Positions 27,981-41,200 are shown, numbered from the stretch's first letter. The stretch is DNA of 64,000 nucleotides from Planctomycetota bacterium (GCA_018242585.1 JAFEBQ010000001.1:40956-104955); one strand, 5' to 3'. Notes: generated by a model from the letters alone, not told the origin. Program-made: numbers and translations.

Positions 27981-29336
27981 ATGCCCGGCAAGCCTACCGA
28001 CGTACGACTGCTCAGCGTCCGTCTCGACAAGCAGCAACTCGCCTATCGCACACCGATCAAGTTTGGCGGCCGCGTGGTCACCGACGCTACCCTGGTCGAT
28101 GTAACCGTCGAGGTCGAGACCCGCAATGGTCAACGCGGTCGCGGCTTTGGTTCGATGCCCATGTCGAACGCCTGGGCCTGGCCCAGCGCCAAGTTGTCTG
28201 GCGAGGAAACCCTGGCAGGCATGGTCGACAATGCCGAGCGCGCCGTCGCCGATGCCGCCAAGTACACCGACTTTGGACATCCGCTGGACATCACGCACCA
28301 CCTAGCCAAAAACCACGCGGCTCTCGCCGAACAGACGCTCAAAGCGCGGAAGCTGGCCGAGCCAATCCCACGGCTGGCGCAACTGGTCGCGGTCAGCCCG
28401 ATCGAAGCCGCCATCCACGACGCTCAAGGCAAAGCCTTGGGGCGGAACTCGTACAACCTGCTCAGTCAGGAGTTCTGCAACCACGACATCGCCCACTATC
28501 TGAACGACGAGTTTCGTGGCGAGTATTTGGACCGTTACACCCTGCGCCGGCCCAAGGCGCGGATGCCGCTGTACCACCTGATCGGCGCGCTCGATCCGCT
28601 GACGATGGCCGATGTCGCCAAGCCGGTCGGCGACGGTTTGCCCGAGACGCTGGGGCAATGGATCAAGGCCGACGGCCTGACCCACATGAAGATCAAGCTC
28701 AATGGCGACGACCTGAACTGGGATGTCGAGCGCGTCGCGCAGATCGAACGCGTGGCCGTCGAGGCCCAGGCCGAGCGCGGCTGCGCCGAGTGGTGGTACT
28801 CGACCGACTTCAACGAGAAATGTGCCAACGTCCAATACCTGCTCGACTTTCTGGCCAAGGTTGACGAGCGCTCGCCGCAGGCGCTCGATCGGATTCAATA
28901 CATCGAGCAGCCGACAAGCCGCAACTTGAAGCAGAACGCGGAAAACAAGATGCACGCCGCGGCGCGCATTAAGCCGGTGGTCATCGACGAGGCCTTGGTC
29001 GACTTTGAAAGCCTGTTAATCTGCCGTGAGCAGGGCTACTCGGGCGTGGCGTTAAAGGCGTGCAAGGGGCAGACCGAGGCGCTGCTGATGGGAGCCGCGG
29101 CCCAGAAATACGGCATGTTCTTGTGCGTTCAGGATCTGACCTGTCCGGGCGCGTCGTTCCTCCACTCGGCCAGCTTGTCAGCCCGCATTGGCCCGGTGGC
29201 AGCCATCGAAGGGAACTCGCGCCAGTATTGCCCGGTGGGAAACAACGGTTGGCGGGAACGCTTCCCGACGATGTTCCGTATTAAGGATGGGACGCTGGGA
29301 ACCTACGTCCTCGACGGCGCCGGGCTGGGATATTAG
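27981..29336 (+). CDS. Enolase-superfamily enzyme (mandelate racemase / muconate lactonizing enzyme subgroup)
   Basis: Has the KIKLNG (KxK) catalytic motif. Metal ligands sit in STDFNE / YIEQP / VVIDEAL. A second catalytic Lys lies in ALKACKG. Confidence 0.85.
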   Translation: MPGKPTDVRLLSVRLDKQQLAYRTPIKFGGRVVTDATLVDVTVEVETRNGQRGRGFGSMPMSNAWAWPSAKLSGEETLAGMVDNAERAVADAAKYTDFGHPLDITHHLAKNHAALAEQTLKARKLAEPIPRLAQLVAVSPIEAAIHDAQGKALGRNSYNLLSQEFCNHDIAHYLNDEFRGEYLDRYTLRRPKARMPLYHLIGALDPLTMADVAKPVGDGLPETLGQWIKADGLTHMKIKLNGDDLNWDVERVAQIERVAVEAQAERGCAEWWYSTDFNEKCANVQYLLDFLAKVDERSPQALDRIQYIEQPTSRNLKQNAENKMHAAARIKPVVIDEALVDFESLLICREQGYSGVALKACKGQTEALLMGAAAQKYGMFLCVQDLTCPGASFLHSASLSARIGPVAAIEGNSRQYCPVGNNGWRERFPTMFRIKDGTLGTYVLDGAGLGY

Positions 29337-29691
29337 CGGACGCGCCTCCCATCGATTTGGCGCAATGAATGCCTTCCGACGGCGGTCCTTGCCGTTTGTT
29401 TGCATTGCATTAGCCCCTCGCCCCAAGCCTCTCGCCTCTCCCGCCGCCGGTCCCTGTTCCTCGGCAGCTTCTGCACACTTTGCGTGCAAAAATCGGGCGT
29501 CAGGTTGCTGACTGTTTTGTCAGCAATTTTTCGGGAAGATTTACAACCGCTAAGGGCGCAACGACTTTGCGTAGGTGTTTTTGACTGCCCGGCGTTGCCA
29601 ACAACTAGCCCGGCACGGCGGTTGCTTGACATCGCACACCAAAGAGTCAGCAACGGATCGGGCAGCACCTTTCTCAAGGGAGTTTACGCTG

Positions 29692-29916
29692 ATGGTGGCC
29701 GCGCAGAACATTGACCGTGACTTGGAGCAACGGGTTTCGACTTACCTGGCCACGCGCCATGTCCCCAGCTTGCGCCAATTGATTGTCGAAGCCCACAACG
29801 GAGTGGTCACGCTTCGCGGCAAGGTCCGTTCGTTCTACGAAAAGCAGTTGATGCAGCAGTGTTGCCAGCGCGTGGCCGGCGTGGTCCAAATGATCGACGC
29901 CGTTGAAGTTCGCTAG
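29692..29916 (+). CDS. BON domain protein
   Basis: 74 aa. VEAHNGVVTLRGKVRSFYEKQL...VAGVVQMIDAVEV is a single BON domain. ATG 29692 lies behind aaggga. Confidence 0.7.
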   Translation: MVAAQNIDRDLEQRVSTYLATRHVPSLRQLIVEAHNGVVTLRGKVRSFYEKQLMQQCCQRVAGVVQMIDAVEVR

Positions 29917-30071
29917 TCGGCACACAGTAAGCGGCAGCCATTCTTTTTTAAGCCGAGGTAGCTACTCGCCTACGTCTGCAAAAACTAGCGCGGCCCGTCG
30001 ATTCACCTCTTTCGCCCCCTTCAGAACGCATCTTCTGGCCACGTTTTTTTGCGCGCTCTTAGAAGAGATCG

Positions 30072-30290
30072 AGAGGGGACTAGCCACGGAGTCACTGAGA
30101 CACGGAGGTTTGCACGGAGGAAGTAGAGTTAAGGGAATCCAAATGTCCAAGCACCAATGCCCGATGACCAAGTAAGAACACAATCGCATTGTTTCTTCTT
30201 GTTCATTGGGATTTGGTCCTTGGTCATTGATCAACAATGGTCTCCCCTCATCCCCTCCGTGCAAAACTCTGTGTCTCCGTGCCACCGTGG
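30072..30290. repeat. About 220-bp imperfect palindrome between convergent genes
   Basis: ccacggagtcactgagacacggaggtttgcacggagg pairs with cctccgtgcaaaactctgtgtctccgtgccaccgtgg. Inner arms are ccaaatgtccaagcaccaatg and cattgggatttggtccttgg. Confidence 0.7.
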
Positions 30291-30296
30291 CGAAAT

Positions 30297-31460
30297 TTAG
30301 GCGACGCGGCCGGAGAGAACCTGTCCTTGGCCGATCGTGGCTTTGACCTTCAGCCCCGTGTAGCCGGGGCCGGCGAAGTCGAACAGCACCAGGTCGGCCG
30401 TATCGCCAGGGCGCAGTGAATTGACCGGCCGGCTCAACAGTTGCGCGGGGTGCTTGGTCGCCATGTCGACCGCAGTCGCCAGATCGACACCCGCAAATCG
30501 CATCACGCATTCCACGTTCACGCCGATCGGCAGCGACGCGCCGGCCAGCAACTGATCTTGCCCGGCAATCACCAACCGCCCGTCGGCCAGAATCTCCAGC
30601 TCGCAGCCGCTGCTCGTATAGCGCCCCGGCGGCAAGCCCGCCAGCCCCGATGCGTCGCTGACCAGGATGCAGCGCTCGGGCTGCTTGGCTCGGACCATCG
30701 ACTTAACCACCTCGGGTGGTAAGTGGTGGCCATCGACGATCAAACTGGCCATCAGTCGATCTTCGGCCAGTTGATCCCAAATGTAATTCGGGTGGCGACG
30801 CAGCATTCGATGGGTGCCGTTCCCCAGATGCGTGCTCAAGCGCGCTCCGGCGTCGACCGCCGCTTTGATCTGTGGCCCCGACGCGCCGGTGTGGCCGATC
30901 GAAACCACCACGCCCGACGCGGTGGCCAAGGCGATGAAATCCGGCGCTTCGTCGAACTCGACCGACATGGTCAGGATCACGATCCGGCCATCGGCCGCGT
31001 CCTGAAGCCGACGGAACTCGTCCCAGTTGGGCCGGCGACAATGTTCCTTGGGGTGCGCGCCGCGCGGGCCATCCTCGATGGAAAAGTACGGGCCTTCCAG
31101 GTGAATGCCCCAGACCGCGTGCCCCACATCGCCAAACTCGCGACAGGCCGCGGCAATGGTGCTGAGCCCGTGGGCGTGGACCGCGAAGCTTTGCGTCGTC
31201 AGCGTGGGACACAGCGCCGTGACGCCAAACTCGAAATGCTGTCGCACCACTTTGGCCACGGCCGCGGTGGTCAACTCTGCGCTGCTGAACTCCTGGCCTC
31301 CCCAGCCGTTGGTTTGAATGTCAACGAATCCTGGCGCGACATAGGGCGCGGCCAGCGCCGTGGCTGACTCGGCCACCGGGCGCAAGCGTTCAATCCGCGC
31401 GCCGTTGAGGGCGACTTCGACCGGTTCCCGGGTGTCAAAACGGCGAGCGAGGAATTTCAT
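30297..31460 (-). CDS. nagA: N-acetylglucosamine-6-phosphate deacetylase-like amidohydrolase
   Basis: GFVDIQTNGWGG (compare E. coli NagA GFIDVQLNGCGG), plus HLEGPY, STHLGNG and VDGHH motifs. Confidence 0.75.
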   Translation of the reverse strand: MKFLARRFDTREPVEVALNGARIERLRPVAESATALAAPYVAPGFVDIQTNGWGGQEFSSAELTTAAVAKVVRQHFEFGVTALCPTLTTQSFAVHAHGLSTIAAACREFGDVGHAVWGIHLEGPYFSIEDGPRGAHPKEHCRRPNWDEFRRLQDAADGRIVILTMSVEFDEAPDFIALATASGVVVSIGHTGASGPQIKAAVDAGARLSTHLGNGTHRMLRRHPNYIWDQLAEDRLMASLIVDGHHLPPEVVKSMVRAKQPERCILVSDASGLAGLPPGRYTSSGCELEILADGRLVIAGQDQLLAGASLPIGVNVECVMRFAGVDLATAVDMATKHPAQLLSRPVNSLRPGDTADLVLFDFAGPGYTGLKVKATIGQGQVLSGRVA

Positions 31461-31548
31461 GGGGCGGGTTCCTGGGCGGGCGCGACGGGGCAGGTTCCCC
31501 GATTATGTCACACCGCGTGCCGCTCTGCACCCCGCTGGCCGGTCGCGC

Positions 31549-31593
31549 AAAAAAAGGCCGCTTGAGCGCCCCCTTTTGGAACTCAAGCGGCCT
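31549..31593 (-). terminator. Rho-independent terminator
   Basis: On the minus strand the stem is aggccgcttgag/ctcaagcggcct, followed by ttttttt. Lies 34 nt after the stop of the 31627-32034 gene. Confidence 0.8.
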
Positions 31594-31626
31594 GCGAACA
31601 CTATTTCAAGCGCGCCGAAGTGCGGC

Positions 31627-32034
31627 TTAGTACGTCGCTCCGGCGCGGGGCAGGACCACCACGCTGGCCGGGGCTTGCCATTCGCCGTGCGCCCGGGTGT
31701 TGCCCGTGAAGGCCGGCGAATAGATGCCGCTCATGTGGGGCACCGGGTTGGCCGTGGGGCGGGCCTTGCTCATGCCGTACCAGCTTTGCGCGGCAATCCG
31801 CTCGCGGCGTTGGGCGGCGTCGTACTCGGCCTTGTGGCGAACGGCCATCTTGGGGTCGTTGTAGTCGCGGGCCGCTTGTTCGTAGAACCACATCTCAGGG
31901 GTCGGCGTCACCGGGCCCATCGAGACGGGGTGGTCGGTCGTGGCGTCCTTCGCCGTCGTGCGACGGTTTTCGGCGGCCGCCATTTGAAACCCGACCATCA
32001 CCAACAGCGCGGCCGTCATCCATGTACGCTTCAT
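31627..32034 (-). CDS. Secreted hypothetical protein
   Basis: 135 aa with signal peptide MKRTWMTAALLVMVGFQMAAA. Followed by its own terminator. No domain recognised. Confidence 0.6.
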   Translation of the reverse strand: MKRTWMTAALLVMVGFQMAAAENRRTTAKDATTDHPVSMGPVTPTPEMWFYEQAARDYNDPKMAVRHKAEYDAAQRRERIAAQSWYGMSKARPTANPVPHMSGIYSPAFTGNTRAHGEWQAPASVVVLPRAGATY

Positions 32035-32371
32035 GTTCGGTTCCTCTCGGTCGTCCGGGGCGCGAAGGCAGCCGGGCAGCGCTGACGCGGATTCGCGCGC
32101 GGGCGGGCCCCTTGGTCTGCTGCCGTCGAGCGGTTCTGGGCGGGCCGCGCTGCTCGGCCGATCGATCGGTCGAGGCGGGATAGAACGCTGGCCCTACTAG
32201 TGCTATTCGTCGGGTCGGCCGTTGTTAGTTTAGGTGAATCTTGCCGAATTCAACGGTCGTAGCGGGGGACGATAGCACGCCGACAAGGCCTATTGGTGAA
32301 GGAGGGGGTGATGCTCAAGTCAGCGGACTTGAGCATCACCCCGAAACATTGCAACGCCCGGCGTCTTACGT

Positions 32372-32773
32372 CTAGCGTGACTTCAAGATGTCGCGAATCT
32401 CGGTCAACAGCTCCTGGTCTTTGGTCGGTGGCGGAGGCGCGGCAGGCTCCGGTGCTGGCTGTCGCTTGGCCGCGTTCATGGCCTTGATGACCATGAAAAT
32501 ACAAAACGCCACGATGATGAAATCGATCACGGACGTGATGGTCTTGCCATAGGCGATCGAAGCGAGAAGCTCGTCATTGACCGGATTCTTGACGTCGAAC
32601 GCCAGCTTCGAGAAGTCCAGCTTGCCGGTTACGGCGCCGACCAGCGGCATGATGATGTCGCCGACCAGTGACGAGACAATTTTGCCAAACGCGCCGCCGA
32701 TCACAACGCCGACCGCCATGTCGACCACGTTGCCGCGCATGGCAAATTCTTTAAACTCTTTCATCAGTCCCAT
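32372..32773 (-). CDS. mscL: Large-conductance mechanosensitive channel
   Basis: [43 protein letters not shown] is the canonical MscL N-terminus. The start was chosen at Met56 of the track ORF. Confidence 0.9.
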   Translation of the reverse strand: MGLMKEFKEFAMRGNVVDMAVGVVIGGAFGKIVSSLVGDIIMPLVGAVTGKLDFSKLAFDVKNPVNDELLASIAYGKTITSVIDFIIVAFCIFMVIKAMNAAKRQPAPEPAAPPPPTKDQELLTEIRDILKSR

Positions 32774-32800
32774 GGTGCAAGTTCTCCGCAAAGGTGTCCG

Positions 32801-33646
32801 GTGCCAACAGTCCGCCAACGGCAGCGCGATTCTAATCCAATCGCCGCCGATCTGAATAGCCATTCGCCAGCGTCGTCGCGACGATCGTGGTACGACTATC
32901 CTGAGTATTACGACCTGGCCTTTGCCGACGAGACGCAAGCCGAGGCGGACTTTATCCAGGCCGCCATCGACCGCTACGCGCGCCGGCCGGTGCGGACGAT
33001 GCTCGAACCCGGTTGTGGCAGCGGCCGGCTGGTGACCGAGTTGGCGTCGCGCGGCTACCAGGTCTCGGCCTTTGACAACAACCGGCGGGCGCTCGACTTC
33101 TTGCGCCGCCGATTAGCGCGACGGAAGCTATCGGCCCACGTTTTTGAGGCCGATCTGGTTCACTTCCAGCTGCCGCGGCGCGTCGACCTGGTCTACAACA
33201 CGTTCAACACCTTCCGCCATTTGCTGACCGAGCAGGCTGCCGTGGCCCATTTGCGTAAGGTGGCGGCCCACCTGAAGCCGGGCGGGCTGTTCATCCTGGG
33301 GCTGCACCTGCTGCCACCCGACGCGCTCGAGGAATGCACCGAGCGCTGGCGTGCCCGGCGCGGCGCGACCACAGCGGTCTTTACCCTGCGCGTGATCGCC
33401 AGCAGCCGGCGACTGCGCCGCGAGCGGCTGCGCGTGAACATGCTCGTGCGGCATGGCCAACGCACCATTCGCGCGGTGACCGAGTTCGACTTGCGGCTTT
33501 ACACGGCGGCGCAGCTGCGCAAGACGGTGAGTGCCGTACCGGAACTCGAACTATGCGACGTGTTCGACTTCAACTACGTGATCGACGAACCGATGCGCCT
33601 GGACAATGAATTGTCCGACACCGTGCTGGTGTTGAGAAAGCGATAG
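32801..33646 (+). CDS. Class I SAM-dependent methyltransferase
   Basis: Motif I is [18 protein letters not shown] and post-I is VSAFDNN. The only in-frame start is GTG 32801, 27 nt from the divergent mscL start, so the start is uncertain. Confidence 0.8.
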   Translation: MPTVRQRQRDSNPIAADLNSHSPASSRRSWYDYPEYYDLAFADETQAEADFIQAAIDRYARRPVRTMLEPGCGSGRLVTELASRGYQVSAFDNNRRALDFLRRRLARRKLSAHVFEADLVHFQLPRRVDLVYNTFNTFRHLLTEQAAVAHLRKVAAHLKPGGLFILGLHLLPPDALEECTERWRARRGATTAVFTLRVIASSRRLRRERLRVNMLVRHGQRTIRAVTEFDLRLYTAAQLRKTVSAVPELELCDVFDFNYVIDEPMRLDNELSDTVLVLRKR

Positions 33647-33652
33647 ACGGAA

Positions 33653-34468
33653 CTACCAGGTGACGGTCACCTTGCTGCCGCGCTTGACCCCCAACATGAT
33701 GGCCGCGCTGTCTTCGACAATGGCCAGTTCCAGGAAACCCGATGAACCGATCAGGGCCATCAGCGTCATCGCCGGCTGATCGCCGTAGGTTTGATAGAGG
33801 CCCGTCGTCTGGTGTTCGTCGCATTCGACCTGCAACCGCTCGTCGGTTGGCGCGTCCTTCAGCGCTTCGCCCGCGATATCGGTGATCAGATTTCCGAACG
33901 AGTCGATCGCAGCGACCGCACCCACAATCTTGCCTGGCACGACGACCACCTCCCGCCTGTTCAACATCACCAGCGACTCAAGCCGCGGCCCCAAGGCCAA
34001 CGGATCGAGACCCAGACTGAGACGCGCCACCACCGGGGCCATGATGTCGCGACCATGAAACGTGTGCGACACCTGCGGCAGCCAAAACTGCCGGTCCTCA
34101 ACCGCGACGATTGTAGTCGGACGGGTGCGCTGGGCCAAGCAACTAAACAGACCATTATCCGGCCCGACGTACCATTGGCCGGCGATCTCGGCGCAGACGA
34201 TGCGCCGCGCGGTCCCCACGCCCGGGTCGACGACGGCTACGTGAATGGTCCCCGGCGGAAACCAGCGCGATGCCTGATCGAGCGCCAGCGCACCGGCCAG
34301 GATGTCCTGCGGCGGAATGCCATGTGACAAGTCGACAATCCGCGCCCACCGGTTGTGCGACAGGATGACGCCCTTCATCGCGGCGACGTACGGACTTTCC
34401 GCGCCAAAATCAGTCGTCAGGGTAATCAGGTCCGCAGGTCGTACCGAGGCCGCGCTCATGTCGACCAT
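33653..34468 (-). CDS. SAM hydrolase / SAM hydroxide adenosyltransferase (DUF62) family protein
   Basis: The N-terminal ITLTTDFGAESPYVAAMKGVILS is the DUF62 signature. Length is 271 aa with a two-domain layout. Confidence 0.85.
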   Translation of the reverse strand: MVDMSAASVRPADLITLTTDFGAESPYVAAMKGVILSHNRWARIVDLSHGIPPQDILAGALALDQASRWFPPGTIHVAVVDPGVGTARRIVCAEIAGQWYVGPDNGLFSCLAQRTRPTTIVAVEDRQFWLPQVSHTFHGRDIMAPVVARLSLGLDPLALGPRLESLVMLNRREVVVVPGKIVGAVAAIDSFGNLITDIAGEALKDAPTDERLQVECDEHQTTGLYQTYGDQPAMTLMALIGSSGFLELAIVEDSAAIMLGVKRGSKVTVTW

Positions 34469-34595
34469 TCTAATCAGCGGCCGACGTGCCAGGGGACGCC
34501 AACTCTTGTTTCACCAAGCCGGCGACTTTGTCGCCGATCCTCGGCGGCATAGCCGCCGGCTTGGGCGATGAAACGGATTGAACCACCGCACAGGG

Positions 34596-36086
<1,491 letters not shown>

Positions 36087-36174
36087 TCACCGGCGGAACA
36101 ACAAGAGATTCGCGTGTCAGCGAAAAAGTCTATCGGGCAGTCGCCCCCATGACAATTGACCGGCTTTGTCCTCC

Positions 36175-37257
36175 TCAAAACAATCGCCGTTGGCCGTCGT
36201 CGATCTCGGGGCGGAGGAATTGCGTGCAGTCGTACTCGGGGAGCTTTTTCGTCAGCCCGTGCTTTTGGCGAAACGCCTTGAACAGTTGTGAAATCTGCTC
36301 GCCAATTGGACCGCTGCCGCGCAGGCGTTGCCCGAACTCCGATTCGTTCAGCTTGCCGTGACGGCTGGCGCGGATCAGTGCTTCGATCCTTGGCCGGCTG
36401 TCGGGACGCGTGCGCTCCAGCCATTCCAAGAACACCGGCCGCACGGTCAACGGCAGCCGCAGCACCGTGTAGGCCGCGGTCAAGGCGCCAGCCTCGGCCA
36501 CTGCTTTCAGAATGGCGGGCACTTCGCTGTCATTCAGCCCGGGAATGATCGGCGCGACCATTACCATCGTCGGCACGCCCGCCGCGGTCAGCTCGCGTAC
36601 CGTGCGTAACCTAGCCGCCGGCGCGCTGGTGCGCGGCTCCATCACCCGGGCTAGCTCAGGGTCGAGCGTCGTGACGCTGATCGCCACATGGACCAGCCGC
36701 AGCGCCGCCATCGGCGCCAACAAGTCCAGGTCGCGCGTCACTAGGGCATTCTTGGTGATGATCCCCAGCGGCTGTCGCGCCTCGTGACAGACTTCCAGAC
36801 AGCCGCGCGTGAGGCGGAACTTCCGCTCGGCCGGCTGGTAGCAATCGGTCACGCCCGAGAAAGTAATCGGCTCCGGCACCCAGGCCGGCCGGGCGAGGAA
36901 CTTGCGCAGCAGCGCCGCCGCGTCGGGCTTGATCAGAATCTTGGTCTCGAAATCGAGCCCCGCGTTCATCCCCAGGTATTCGTGATATGGCCTGGCATAA
37001 CAATAGGCACACCCGTGGGCGCAACCTCGGTAAGGATTCACGCCATAGCGGAAGGGAATATCGGGGCTGTCGTTCTCGGTGACGATCGATTGCGACTGAT
37101 CAATCAAGTATTCCGGCCGCGGCCGGTCGATCTCGGCCAGCGTTTCTTCGTCCCCCTCGATGTGCTCCCAGTCGGCTTCGACGCGGACCCGCTCGAACCG
37201 ATTGGCCGGGTTGAGCTGCGAGCCGCGTCCCTTGAATCGAGATGGTTCCGCGCTCAT
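36175..37257 (-). CDS. Radical SAM protein (PA0069 / SplB-like family)
   Basis: Has the CxxxCxxC cluster CAHGCAYCYARP and the N-terminal GRGSQLNPANRFE motif. The start was chosen at Met34. Confidence 0.85.
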   Translation of the reverse strand: MSAEPSRFKGRGSQLNPANRFERVRVEADWEHIEGDEETLAEIDRPRPEYLIDQSQSIVTENDSPDIPFRYGVNPYRGCAHGCAYCYARPYHEYLGMNAGLDFETKILIKPDAAALLRKFLARPAWVPEPITFSGVTDCYQPAERKFRLTRGCLEVCHEARQPLGIITKNALVTRDLDLLAPMAALRLVHVAISVTTLDPELARVMEPRTSAPAARLRTVRELTAAGVPTMVMVAPIIPGLNDSEVPAILKAVAEAGALTAAYTVLRLPLTVRPVFLEWLERTRPDSRPRIEALIRASRHGKLNESEFGQRLRGSGPIGEQISQLFKAFRQKHGLTKKLPEYDCTQFLRPEIDDGQRRLF

Positions 37258-37427
37258 GTCGCACCCACACTTGCCTTCAAACGCCGCCACCCTCGGGCGA
37301 TGTCGATCGACCGAGGGCAACAGCTTTAGCTTGGCATCGAGCCGCACGAGCTTCACACCGGTGGACTAGCCACCAGTAGCACCCGAAGGCTGAAGAGTAA
37401 GCGGCTGGGATGCCAAAGCAGTTCGTA

Positions 37428-37910
37428 TTACTTCTTCTGCTCTTTGCACATTTCGGCAAACAACTTGTCCATCCGGCGCTTCAACTCGTCGGGCGCTACA
37501 TCCTCGATGTGGGTCGACAGGGACCACTTGTGGCCGAATGGGTCGACGAGGCAGCCGCTCCGGTCGCCGTAGAACATGTCTTGCACCGGGCGTTCCACCT
37601 TGGCGCCGGCGGCGATCGCCTGGTTATAGGCCGCGTCAACGTCCTCGACGTACAGCAACAGCCCGACCGGCGAGCCGCCGATCGACTTGGGCGAGCGGGC
37701 GCCCATCTGGGGCGATTCGTCGGCAAGCATCACGTTCGATTGACCAATCTTCAACTCGGCGTGCCCAACACAGCCGTTGGGCCCGTTCAGGCGCAGCTTT
37801 TCCGTCGCGCCGAACGCGCGCTTGTAAAAATCGATTGCCGCAGCGGCATTGTCGACGACCAAATAGGGGGTGATGGTTTCGTAACCCGCGGGAATGGCTT
37901 TGACCGACAT
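37428..37910 (-). CDS. VOC (glyoxalase/PhnB-like) family protein
   Basis: ITPYLVVDNAAAAIDFYKRAFGA...HAELKIG...DPFGHKW is the PhnB-like pattern. ATG 37910 lies behind ggagga. Confidence 0.85.
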   Translation of the reverse strand: MSVKAIPAGYETITPYLVVDNAAAAIDFYKRAFGATEKLRLNGPNGCVGHAELKIGQSNVMLADESPQMGARSPKSIGGSPVGLLLYVEDVDAAYNQAIAAGAKVERPVQDMFYGDRSGCLVDPFGHKWSLSTHIEDVAPDELKRRMDKLFAEMCKEQKK

Positions 37911-38250
37911 GGGAGTTCCTCCTGGAAATCGTTTCACTGAGGGATCATTGAATATCTGCACGACGCGGCGGGCTCGCCCACGTGGCGAGCGCCGCATGGC
38001 CGCAAAGCAAGGGAACTAAACCTGGCATCGCGGCGTATCAGACTGCGGCTGCCCCGCGGGCGGCGGGCTTGTTCCATCCGGCGAAACTCGCCGCGTCCGG
38101 GGCTAGAAACCTTATCGGCCGGATATAGTGTACACTTGAACACATTTCGTGCAAGCTAGTTCCGCCGCAGGGATGCGCCCCGGCGGCCACACGTTATAAT
38201 TCACTGGTGTCGCGATCTTGTGAGCCCGACGTTGGCCGGCAGTTCAAGCT

Positions 38251-41200
38251 ATGGCAACTGTGCAACCTCCGCCGCCGGTCAATCCCCAGCCTGACGATCG
38301 GCTCGAAAGCTTCATCGAAGCCCAGTTGCGCGACACCCGCAGCCGGGTGAAGTGGGTCGACGTTTCGGTGGCCCTGGTGGGGCTGCTGTTGACGGTTAGC
38401 ATCATCCTGGCCGCGGCCGTGGTCGGTGACCATTGGCTTGTCCCTGGCGGATACAGTTCGACAACGCGATACGTCTTTCTGGGCGTGCTGGTCGCGGCGG
38501 TGCTGGTCTATGGGTTGCGGTTCCTGTTGCCGACCATGCTCGGTCGCGTCAGCGCGCTCTACGCGGCCCAGACGATCGAACAAAGTACGCCCGGGCTGAA
38601 GAACAGCCTGATCAATCTGTTGCTGCTCAAGCGGCGCGCCGAAGAACTGCCCCCCACGATCTATCACGCGGTCGAGCAGCGCGCGGCACAAGACCTTTCC
38701 TCGGTCGCTATCGAAACCGTCGTCGATCGGACGCGGCTGATCAAGTTCGGCTACGCGCTGGTCGGTGTGGTGCTGTTGATTGCCGCTTACCTGGTAATCA
38801 GCCCCAAGGATCTGCTTAGTTCGGTCGAGCGCGTGTTCGCTCCCTGGGCCGATATTCCCGTGTCGACCCGGGTCCGCATCACCGAGGTCCAACCCGGCGA
38901 CGGACGCAGCTACTTTGACGACTCGGTGACCATCTCGGCCCAGATCGCCGGCCTGCGCTCGGGCGAGGACGTGCAGCTGGTCTATTCGACCTTTGACAAG
39001 CAGGTGGTCGACCGCAGCGTGCCGATGCTCCAGCCCGACAGCGGGCGGCGCTACGAAGTGGTGATTCCCGACGCCGGTGGCCTGCAACAAGACATCGCCT
39101 ACCATCTGGTCGCTGGCGATGCCACGACGCGCAGTTTCACGCTGCACGTCGAGCAAGTGCCATCGATTACCGTGCGCAAGATCGAGTACCGCTACCCCGC
39201 CTATACCGGTCGCGAGCCGGTCGTCGTCGAACGCCAGGGGGACATCCAGGCGCTCGAAGGGGCGATCGTCACGATCGAGGCGCTGGCGTCGCAGCCCATC
39301 GGCGCGGCCAAGGTCGACTTCAACCGCGGGCAGGCCAGCTTGCCCATGACGGCCAAGGACCGGACCGCGACGCGACAGTTCATGCTGCGACTGAAGCCGG
39401 GCACGCACGACGCGCTGTACGATCGCTATCAACTCCTGTTCACCAACATCGAGGGGCAACCGAACGTCCGGCCGATTGAACATCGGATCGACGTCTTGCG
39501 CGACTTGCCGCCGGAGGTGGCCATTGTTGAGCCGGCTGGGCTGATCGCCATCGACGAGGGGCAACCTTCGCCCGACAACTTGCCCGGCGTGCCTGAGAAT
39601 GGCCGCTTCGAGATCACGGTCGTGGCCAACGACCCTGACTTTCAGTTGGGCGAGGTCAAGCTCTACGCCGAGTGCCGGCGATTGAAGGGGGACAAGCTCG
39701 AACGGGTCGGAACGACCAAGAGCTTTTCGCTGTTGCCCAAGAACCATCGCGACTCGCTGCGGACGAGTTACGCGATCGAGCCGGCGCGCCTGGGCGCCAA
39801 GACTAACGACGAGTTGGTCTTTTGGGCCGAGGCGGCCGACAACAAGCAGCCCGAGCCCAATCGCGCCCAGACGGCGCACTACCGCGTGCGCGTCCGCCCA
39901 TCGGATGGTGGCTCGGACGAAAAGAAGCAGCCGAACAACGACCAGTTGGCGAGCGGGCCGCAGCAACAAGACCCCAGCAACAAGCGCGACGGCGACCCAA
40001 ACGCTCGCAACAACGACCAGCCGGAAAAGGTCGATGACAACAAGCCGATGAACACCGACGGGACGGCCCGCGTGCGCGAGCGACCGCGCGAGGCTCCTCC
40101 GCAAGACGACAAGCAAGTCGGCCGCGCCGAGCATCGCAACGCGCCGGGCGAGCAACAACCCGCCGGCGGCAACGAAGCCAAGCAGCAACCCGACCCCAGC
40201 AAGCGCGACGGCCAGCAACCCCAGCAGCGACCGGGCGAGAAGCAGCAAGGCGATCAGTTAGCCGGTCGCGACGAGCGCGTCGACCCCGAGGCCGACCCAG
40301 GCCGCGCGTTCGAGTTGATCAAAGAGCATCAAGACAAGCAGCAACAGGACAAGAACCCTGGCGAGCATCCTGCCGACAAGCAGCCTGCTGAGAAGAATCC
40401 GCCTCAGCAACCGCAAGACGGTCAGCAGCAAGGGAAGCAACAGCAAGACAAGCAACAGCAAGACAAGCAACAGCAAGACAAGCAACAGCAAGACAAGCAA
40501 CAGCAAGACAAACAGCAGCAAGATAAACAACAGCCGGGCCAGCAACAGCAATCGGGCAACTCGCAAGACAAGCAGCAACAACCCGGCGGCCAAAAACAAC
40601 CTGGCGACCAGAAGCAGCCCGGCGATCAGCAATCGGGGCAACAACAGGGCAATCAGCAAAACGACAACCAACAGCAATCAGGTCAACAGCAATCAGGCCA
40701 GCAACAGCAGGGCAACCAGCAACAACAGTCCGGCGGTTCCGAGCAAGGGAACCAGTCGAACTCAGGTATGCAGCAACAGGGGGGCAGCCAAGGCTCGCAG
40801 TCGGGTGGCCAGCAAAGCGGCCAGCAGCAATCAGGTAGCCAACAGCAAGCCGGCGGACAGCAACAGCCGGGCGATCAGCAAAAATCTGGCGGTCAACAAC
40901 AGGCCGGCAATCAACAACAAGTAGGAAACAACCAACAGTCCGGCGATAAGCAGCAGGGTGACAAACAACCAGGGAGCGACAAGCAGCCCGGCCAGCAAAA
41001 CTCGGGGGGCGACAAGAACGGCAATCAACAAGCCAACGGCCAGCAGCAAGAACCCGGTGATATGAAGCAACCGGGCAATCAACAGGGCGGCCAACAGCCA
41101 GGCCAACAGAAGCAGCAGGGTGACGGGCAGCAAGGCGACCAACAGCAGCCCGGTCAACAAACCGGCGGCAAGTCGCAAGGCAAACAGCCCGGCGATCAAC

